In this document: positions 1 to 8,311 of the stretch, one piece after another
Layout of the letters: each line of letters starts with the position of its first letter
How positions within the stretch are numbered: position 1 is the first letter of the stretch
NCBI GenBank assembly: GCA_010093605.1
Contig: MU004184.1
Location: 2,366,801-2,404,651, forward strand
Source: Lophium mytilinum
Taxonomy: Eukaryota
DNA: 37,851 bases
Reading direction: 5' to 3'
Made by a program: the position numbers and the translations under genes
The notes under the pieces: model-generated
What the model saw: only the letters and a program-made list of their open reading frames with translations
The model's database searches: none
Told to the model about the DNA's origin: nothing

Positions 1-1583
1 CACTCATTGCCATTTACCCGATGCGAGTAACACAACTCTCTAGTGGTGATTTCCCATACCCTTTAGTATAGAACCTTATACCAGTGAATGGAAGGACCGC
101 TGCCTGGGAATGTAGCACACAAGCCTCTATTAGTTTCTCTGAACTGAGTGCAAGCGTTCAAACAACCGGTAAGTGAGCAAAGTTCCTGGAATACTGGTCT
201 AAACAATGATTCTTCAGCTTTGCTTATCATCCTGTAGTGACCTGCCTCCGATGAATTTGTCGAAAAGCTGCCAGGATAAAAATACAGAATTTCAAACAGA
301 AGATGTACTTCTACAATTAATAGTAAGGAGTTATAACAGACGAAAACTATGAGTGCACGTACTACCGGAAACAACTTCTAGCAATAGTGATCCAAGGCCA
401 GCTAAACTTGTACTACATAAGAGGCGTCGTCAACTTTACCTCCCGATCGAACCATCCGATCTCAGACTAGCGCTTCGGCTCGTTCCCGCTTCGCTTCGGA
501 TCAGAAAGTGGGGCGTAAGACCTGAGACCACGTGCAACACGTCACGTTTGCTTAAAATAAATAAGACTAAGACGACGAACTCCGGTTTCCAATTTCTGTA
601 ACGTAAAAGCTGGGAAGAAACGACACCTCATGTCGTATTTTCCCGCCGTTTTCAAACGGCCCGTGCCGGCTACCTGCTAGTATTTTCGGAAGGTATGAAG
701 AAAATTGAAAGGGTTTCAAGAATCTACGCATGTACGGGTTTACATAGGCTGCCGTCGCAGTAAGCTGAAGAATAATCGGACAGTGAGCGTCCGACATCCG
801 CCACTATTCTGAGCTGTCGGTGTTTAATTACTGTTCTCTTGGCTTTGGGCAAATGGGAACAATCTTGAAAGTATTGCAAGATTCTTCCGCGGTCTTGCAA
901 AGGCTGATGTCGCGATGGCTATACTGCTCGAATTCATACATGCAGAGTCGGAGGTTCACGAAGTTCAAGTTGAAGACGTTTTCATCGCCCGATTGTCTCG
1001 ACTCCTGGTCGAAGACAGTTTGGGAAGAGTTAAAACAAAGCCATGAGGCCCTCCCTAGTGTTGGATCACCGAAGAGTAGTACTAGTCGACTAGAATCCCC
1101 CAGCTATTTACCTCCTTCCTTGGCATTAGGTAGTAGAAAACATGGACACTAACCACACATTGCCCTCTGAGGATGCGATTCGAAAGTCACAAGTGATTAT
1201 TTATACTCTCCGAGTGAGGTGCTCGCACAGGCGCACATCGTGGTTAGATCTAAAATCCTCCGACGCGACGAGAAGATCAAACCATTGGCGTGAAAGGTCA
1301 TGGGGGGTAAAAAGTTGAAAGAGTTGCAAGATTTTACGTGGACGTCTAAGTCGGAATGCTGAAAGGTGCTCATTCAAGGCTCCTTAACACACGCATTCGG
1401 CATACGAGGGTCACAAGTTCAAAGTTGGAGATTTGGCCATTTCAATGGTCATATTCGGATCACTTCTAACTAACTACTCGGAGGGAAGAATCAGGCTCGG
1501 CTAGAAGCAACAGTGAGAAGAAGCACAATGAATCTGCTGTTCATCAATGTAGAAGAAAGACTCTAAGAGTTCGATCGCCTTTC

Positions 1584-2250
1584 TTAATCGAAGAAACCAT
1601 GATGAATGTTGGTGAAAAACCCGGGGAACCCACTGAGGAGTAGCACCGATCTAAGACCGGGAACCAAGACGGATGATGCCAGAGGGGTGGGTCGTTGTAC
1701 ATCTTCGGCATTGCCATATCCTTCGTCCAAGTATGATTGAAAGGGAGGCTTGAAGTCGGCTTTTCGGCCGCAAGACCTGCGGCCGGGAAGACAGTTAACC
1801 GGCCAGCGACAGATACTGATCGAGCACGAGGTGGTGGTGCTGAGCCTGGTGCGGGTTGCGACGAGGCGGACGAAGGGATCTGCGATGGCCATACTAGCCA
1901 TCCGCACAGGAAATCTTGTGAAGTAGTTTAAGATTTGATGGCGAAGAATTTCAAACTCTTGCTTTAGGAGCTGGAACTCCAGCTCCTTTGGACTGCCATC
2001 TCGGGCCGTCTCGCTCGAGCTGTGGGGGCGTCCTGTCATCGCTACAAGCAAAGTTAGCTGTGTGTCTAATAGTGACGACCTGAGCGTCGAAGTGGAGTTT
2101 CAGGACTTACTCATGTTTGTCAGCTCGAACACGTCGGGCTGTGGGTGATGAAGGAAGTGTGACTGAACGTTGACGGAAGTTCGAGTTTGTGGCCGCAAGA
2201 CCTGCGGCTAGAAAGATCTTTAGACGGTCAGCCACGAGCGGTGGGAGGGC
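1584..2250 (-). pseudogene. Putative decayed spliced gene of unknown function, with one intron at 2042-2110
   Basis: The minus strand has a canonical intron: GTAAGT donor at 2110, GCTAAC branch point, TTGTAG acceptor at 2042. Splicing ATGA (2114-2111) to 2041 opens the 1584..2051 frame. Two similar peptides (VADRLKIFLAAGLAAT and VAGRLTVFPAAGLAAE) lie in other frames, which suggests frameshifted decay. No family recognised. Confidence 0.3.
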
Positions 2251-3344
2251 GTGGTGATTCTAATGTGTTGAAGGAAGTGTGAATGTATGTTGGAGGTTCG
2301 AGTTTGCAGCAGGTGTTTTGTTGTGGCCTGGTGGGCAGCGTGACCACGCCTTACCCGATTGGGACGCGCTACGTCAGGTCCACGTTTTGGGCTCACCACT
2401 TCAATTTGCGCTGAGCTCTGCTTGCCTAGGTAGTATCTTATGGAGTATTTACGCCTTAATAGGGCGTCTGATGGCAGTACACGAGGGAAATTCTTTGCTT
2501 CCAGCGGCCTCTGGACTTGATATCCTGATCAGTGTCAACATCGGGTTGCAAATGTTCGCAACCGAAACCTAATCCTGCGTAGCGATCTTTTCCTCTAGAG
2601 GACTAGGGCGTTCCAGAGTGAAGTTGGCCGTTACAGTCCCAAAGTCACGTCACCTAGTTTGCAGCGCGCTCTAAAAGTGGAAATGCAGTGTCAAATGAAC
2701 GTAAGTTCCTATACAATCCCATCCTTGACTGTGTTGGAGTGCGAAGAGGTGCTTAATACCCTAGATGCCACCTCGAGTGAGCTAGCCGGGAGAAGACCCA
2801 TGCCACCGCGAGAATCAAAGGCTCAATTACGCGATATCTAGCGACCTCCCTCAGCCTAAACACCTACTGCATCTGCGAATCCTATCATTATATCCGCGGC
2901 CATGGCCCATCCTACGCCTCGACGTCGAAGACAATTCAGACAAAGACATTCGGAGGAGTGATAATGAGGGTAGAACTCCCCCGGTTTCAAGAACATTGGA
3001 GGCATTCGCGTCAAAGCCATAGGATAGGTGAGACACATAAGATTTACTCGACGTGAGCAGTTGCAGCGTTTGGGTTTTCCCTGCCTGTCTCTTTATCTCC
3101 TGAATCCCCGACGACCACCTCACTTCTCTGGGGATAAAACGACAGCGCGTGTCGATTTTTCCCAACAACTCGTGCAGGTCTGTCACACACGGAACCACAG
3201 CGTGAGGATAATTGTATTATAGCACATGGAACAAGTCTGTGCACACCCGCTAGCTACTGCTTGGGGTACCCCCAAAGACTTTTGAAGATCTAAGAGTGAT
3301 GTCGAGTTCCAAGCAGTGAAGATTAGACTGCAATTTGACTGCGT

Positions 3345-4100
3345 GCCAGCTTAGTGGCCACGGTACCCCTTACAGTGGTATCTACTAAGCAAAGCTCGAG
3401 TGGAGTGGTGATAGATTAGTGTGCCCAGCCATGCGGTCTATCATAATAGGAGGAAAGCGCAGTTTAAAGGTCGATATAGTGGATATTAGGCTAGCTTTTA
3501 GATAATTATATAGAAGCTATTGGGGTAGCCCTTACAGTGGTGTCTACTAAGCAAGACTAGAGCCGAGGAGTAATAGATCAGCGTGCCCAGCCATATTGCC
3601 CTATATTATAGTAGGAAAATATAATATAAAGGTCCATATAGCAGATATTAGACTGCCTTCTAGGTGAGTGTATTGGAGTTATCGGGGCATCCCTTACAGT
3701 GGCGTCTAGTAAGAAAAATCTGAGCGAGGTAGGGATGAATTCGTGTTCCCGGAGAAAGAGGCCAGTACTGAAGAAGGAAAATGAACTGTAGATATCAACG
3801 CACTAGATACTAGGCTACCTTTAGAGGAATGCATACATGCTAGCCAGGCCACCCCTCACAGTAACATTCAGTGAGCAAGCGCGGACTAAACAGTGACAGA
3901 TTCCGTATGCTCAGAAATATGGTCTGGTACTGTAATAGAAACACGGCGTAGGGGTCGATGCTGTGGATATTGGGCTACCTCTTAGAAGATTGCATACATG
4001 CTACCTGGGCCACCCCTGACAGTGGTCTCTAGTAAGCAAGACTCGAGCCAAGCAGTAACAGATTCGCCTATCTAGACATATTGTCTATTACCGTAGTAGT
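3345..4100. repeat. Degenerate tandem array of about 162-bp units (about 4.5 copies)
   Basis: The anchor CCCT(T/C/G)ACAGT(GG/AA) recurs at 3367, 3529, 3691, 3853 and 4014, giving spacings of 162, 162, 162 and 161. Internal blocks are shared, such as TCTA(C/G)TAAG(C/A)AA and GATA(T/C)T(A/G)GGCTA. Confidence 0.92.
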
Positions 4101-4279
4101 CTTATAGCTCTCCATATTCACCGGTGATAGCACTCCGTCGATTGCCGCAAAGCCTTTAATCGCCGCCGCACTTGCATTTCCATCCGCGAGCTCCAGCCAC
4201 TCCACTAATTGATGTTGCGAGCGTTTGCGTCTCCATCTTGCTATCACCACCATCTTCGAGATCGCCGGTATTGCAAAAC

Positions 4280-6060
4280 ATGGCGTCAAATGCTCCCCAC
4301 ACCGAAGACCATCTTGATCCGCGATCCTTGTATCGCTTCCAGACAACTCGCGATGTCTGGGCTTTCGAGCTCCTGTCCTGTGAGAAACTAGTCACTAGGC
4401 TTGTAAAGGTGCCCATCTTATGCGATAGATTGGAAGATAGAGGAGATACCACCCCGGCCACGGCGGAGGAGAAGAGGGAGATAAAGAGGCAACTAGAAGA
4501 GTTGTGGGACGAGATGGCTGAAGTCGCTCGCTCAGGATCCGTAAGTTAATATCGCGCCATCCATTAAAACTTATTTTTAGCTCTTTTAGGCCCTACTCGA
4601 GCATGCGAAGTCGTTCCTCGATTATCCCTTTAACGGCGTTGATCCTAAAGTGAACCCACTGGGACCGTTCACACAATCCGACCCAGAAATCGCACGCCAC
4701 ACTCCCACCCCGGTCGCCAGTTATTCTCCCCGATACCCCACAGTAGTTCGAGATCCAAATGGTACCTTCGTCGAGCTACGTTGCTACATGTGCGATGGCA
4801 ATGCGACAGCCTCCCGAACCCGCCGTCGCGCGCAGTTTCTCAGAGGCGTGGGCGGGTTTCAGAACCACCTCCACCAAGGCCACAACATTCGGCTGAGCCC
4901 ACAGATGACCCTGGTAAAGTGTACCGTAGGCTGGCTTTTACCGAGACAGGTCCAAGCTCTCCATGACGAAACTCCTAACGCTCCTCAAATCGAGAAGGTC
5001 GAGTGCCCACCCGCGTCTAATGCTCACGTCGAGGGTGTTTCCGACCGATTAAGCTCCCCAGTCTCTAGCGAAGTTGTGGATGATGCTGTAAATGGTATCA
5101 GTAGTCTTCTAAAGACCGGTGGAAAGCGTGGTAGGTCGCAGACTGCTTCTCCCGAAAGCGAACCCGTACGCCAACAGATCACCGAAGCACATCATGTTGA
5201 TACTGCTCCAACCGCGGCCGCTACAAGGACACGCCCGCCCGTATTAGGTGGAAGCGCCTCGAGTCCTCTCGTACCCGCCACAACTACCGCAACTACTGGT
5301 GCTTCTGCTATTCGCCCTAGTTCTACCAAAACGAAAACTGCTGCTAAGACAGTACCATCCACGAAGACTCTCTGGAAAGCCAGCGACCACCCGGCGCCGC
5401 AACGCTCGCCGATAGCCCCAGTTTGGTCACCCGTTTCTGTTCCGTCGCCCCTTCGCGTGGATGATAATCCCGAGCTAGACCTTGGCGCTCATGGCCTCGT
5501 TCATAACTCCTATAATGATGACGAGGACGAGAGTACTCATACTCCCGCAAGCTCTCGTAGAGGTATATTGAAGCGTTCGCTGCGCGCGGAGAGGCCGGGC
5601 CCGTCCAAACGAGTCAAATTCGGGCCTCGTCTTGTAGAGTACGAGCCAGGCTCACCGCCGCCCCAGCACCAAGACCCCCCCCTCAGCGAGCGTGCCAAAA
5701 TGGAGATGCAGCACTGGGCGCCGGTCGTGAAGCTCCATGACGGAACCTACGTGAGCATCCAATGCATGGAATGTTCGAGGGATGAGATCCGGTACATTCC
5801 AGCTGGCCTAGAGATGTTGCGAAGCCACTGTCGCCGTCGGCATGAAGCCACCAGATGGTGGCTGTCTCGCGCAAATTGGCGAAATGCCCTGATTGACGCC
5901 TGCGCGGGCAATGAGGTCTCGGAGAGAGAGATGCGTTTGATGTGGATGAATGGCCAGGGTCACTATGACGGTATGTAGGCACAGTCAAACGTGCTCTGAT
6001 AGATTACTAATGTACGATACAGACGCGTCCGAGGCTGAGAACTCCGAGGCAGAGGATTAG
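4280..6060 (+). CDS. 559-aa protein with two AHC1-like C2H2 zinc fingers separated by a Ser/Thr/Pro-rich linker; join(4280..4540,4590..5970,6023..6060)
   Basis: Introns 4541-4589 (GTAAGT..TTTTAG) and 5971-6022 (GTATGT..TACTAAT..ACAG) join ORFs 4172..4549 and 4650..5978 in frame to TAG at 6060. Fingers: YPTVVRDPNGTFVELRCYMC..GFQNHLHQGH (4734-4883) and WAPVVKLHDGTYVSIQCMEC..LRSHCRRRH (5715-5843). Confidence 0.8.
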
Positions 6061-6170
6061 GGACACGGGGATGAGGATTAGCGGTACGACTGAGGCTGTT
6101 TATATGGCTCTCAATAGATAACAATGGACTCTCATACTCTGAATGCTTCGCTCCACTTTTGCTCTTTCAA

Positions 6171-6257
6171 CACCACTGCAAGGGGTGGCCCGGGAGCACT
6201 TATGCAGCTATCCAAAAGGTAGCCTAACATCTACAGTGTCGACCTTTGTGATGTGTC
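6171..6257 (-). repeat. Inverted partial copy of the 162-bp repeat unit
   Basis: The reverse complement reads ..AAAGGTCGACACTGTAGATGTTAGGCTACCTTTTGGATAGCTGCATAAGTGCTCCCGGGCCACCCCTTGCAGTGGTG. This is colinear with array segments at about 3466-3542 and 3950-4026. Confidence 0.85.
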
Positions 6258-6396
6258 CCTAAGTTCGTCCTTTGTGATGTGTCTCTAGATTCGTTGGAAA
6301 GGAGCCTCTATATGGTAATATATAGAGAGTTTCAGCAAACTCCCGGGCACGTAGGTAAGAACGGTAGCAATAAAACGAAACAGAGAGGCTACCGCG

Positions 6397-6604
6397 TACA
6401 GCTTAAGGTAGGGCTATACGTACGGCCTCACGTAGAGTCTCTCCTATGCGGCCTTTCTTATACGGCCTTGAGGCCCCGCCAGCTCAGAATGCAGCTCGCG
6501 AGGCAGCGCGCAAGGCCACTGATACGGCAATACGTACGGCCTCGCATATGGCATCACGTACAGCTATATATAGCAACATGTAAAGCGTTACCTACGGCCA
6601 TCAA
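6397..6604. repeat. Degenerate 12-bp minisatellite (consensus about TACGGCNNYACG)
   Basis: Units include TACAGCTTAAGG, TAGGGCTATACG and TACGGCCTCACG (6397-6432), then TACGGCAATACG, TACGGCCTCGCA, TATGGCATCACG and TACAGCTATATA (6523-6570), and TACGGCCATCAA (6593). Confidence 0.65.
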
Positions 6605-7290
6605 GAACAGAAAGGATAGACGCTCGGATAGATGTGGAGGTGAATCTTTGGAGGAAAATTCTAACTCCTTCGAGCTAATTGGAAGGGGTCGTGTACGTGG
6701 GCTAAAACGGGGTGCATGGCAAGTGTTCCCCATTCTCAAAGTCAATAATAAAGCTAATGCTTAGACTGACGAAGCTTCATTCCTAGTCGGAAAACTCGCC
6801 GGGGAACCTAGGACCATGCGTTCCACTGAATGAGTCTCGTTACGCTGTACGAATATCGTGTAAGTTGAGACTCTTTTGGTGTTTCGGGAAAGACACGAAA
6901 GGCTACGGAGCCATGTTCGAGTAAAGACTTCTTAGCCACACGGCGTAGTTTGCCCAATACCGGCACTACTACCTGCTGTCCCTTCGCCATGAAAGATGTG
7001 GCTATAGGTGGTGGATCAGCCTATAGTGAAGTGTGTTTTGGCGTAATGATGGCTTTTTAGTTTCCTACATATAGATAGAGGCCGTAAGCTGAAAAGCTAT
7101 CGAAGCAATGTACCCGGGCTGACTAAAGTCGCGGGCAGTAAACGAGCAAGGAGGAGATAGTGGGATTAATCCTTGGAATGTGGACTAAGAATCGTAGTTT
7201 TGTAGACACTTGGCGGAGAAGACAAGGGAACAAAGACCTGGAAATAGAAGGCCATAAGGTGTGTAGGTAGTGAAACGGGGGTTCCAAGGG

Positions 7291-7297
7291 TATAAAA
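7291..7297 (+). promoter_or_regulatory. TATA-like element upstream of the candidate structured RNA
   Basis: TATAAAA lies about 50 nt before the base of the 7348-7468 hairpin, and no coding gene starts nearby. Confidence 0.3.
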
Positions 7298-7319
7298 TAG
7301 TTATATTGCTTGGCGACTT

Positions 7320-7499
7320 CAAAATCTTCGGGCTCTGGTACAACGTTCAGTTGATCTTTAAGCCTACCCCAGTGGTCGAGTTAGCGCTGTTAAAGCTCCT
7401 TCGGGGGTGAGGTTTCAACGTCAAACATTGACTCTTCTGTACCACTGGGTGGGTTGACGGATCAGTTGTCCTTACTATCAGTCTTCGAATACCTTTTTT
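7320..7499 (+). ncRNA. Candidate structured non-coding RNA (long imperfect hairpin, possibly Pol III transcribed or pri-milRNA-like); family unknown and 5' end approximate
   Basis: Nested helices are 7348-7356/7460-7468, 7361-7376/7441-7455 (one C bulge), 7378-7384/7428-7434 and 7389-7394/7414-7419, with an apical GCUCC-UUCG-GGGGU (7395-7408). About 8 G-U pairs form on the + strand, and T6 follows at 7494-7499. Confidence 0.55.
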
Positions 7500-7521
7500 G
7501 CTTTTGCTTTCTTATTTTTTT
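7494..7521 (+). terminator. Possible Pol III oligo-T terminator
   Basis: TTTTTT at 7494-7499 and further T runs to about 7521 follow the hairpin directly. Confidence 0.3.
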
Positions 7522-7918
7522 GGGCATGCCCACATGACCATCACTTGACCTTGTGTATGTATCTCGATAAATATTGTAACCCAGCACCTATGCCGTCTTT
7601 CAGGGCTCTTTAATCCTCGATAATTCTACTCCTGACAATCACTCAAAGAAGTACCGTACCACCGTGCAATCTTGATCAATCAGTTGACAATGCTAGCATC
7701 ATCGAGAATTGTGAAATAATGTGCTCAAATCTCGCCAGACTAAATACATACCTATCTTTGTCCATCTCAGACAGCGACAAATCCTTCCTTCTACGGGCGT
7801 TCTCGAAACAGTCCAGAATAAGAAGAAACTACGTCACCATCCATGCGGTATATGAATTAAACCTCTCAATCTGTTCTCAGTGGGGCGGCGAGATAATGGA
7901 CCGCGTCCCCACCCAAAC

Positions 7919-7945
7919 TATATATATATATATATGAGTCACGTG
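7919..7945 (+). promoter_or_regulatory. (TA)8 microsatellite abutting overlapping TGAGTCA (Gcn4/CPC-1/AP-1 type) and CACGTG (E-box) motifs
   Basis: The sequence TATATATATATATATA-TGAGTCACGTG lies about 370 bp upstream of ATG 8312. A further TATAAAA is present near 8038. Confidence 0.35.
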
Positions 7946-8311
7946 GACCCGCAACCACGGAACCGTGATGATCCACCCACGTTTGGGAAAGAGGAGACTT
8001 CAGGAACCATGATTCGAGTTAGAGCGGACCATGAGTGTATAAAATCTCGACAGGCCTTACGTTTCTTCCCGCACATCTTTCAGAACTATTTCTTCTGCTT
8101 AGACCACGCTTTTACTCTTGCGTTTTACAACCGCCCCAAAAGCATTCGCCTTCTTAAAGGCCCCGTCTGTCGCTTTACTTATCGCTTTACTTGATACAGA
8201 ATCGGCTCCTGGTGCTTTCTGCTTCTTTTCCCACTCAAGTAGTTACGCTCGCTACACCCTGCCTCGCGTCGTCTTGAATATCTTTCAAAAAAGTGCAAGT
8301 CCATCGTCCCG

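Noticed and set aside
1..1500. Short ORFs and CACGTG/ACGT motifs at the window start
   Set aside because: I could not support a protein family, splice model or repeat structure.
3345..4100. CRISPR-like array (regularly spaced conserved anchor)
   Set aside because: The DNA is eukaryotic, the intervening sequences are homologous to each other, the period is too long and there are no cas genes.
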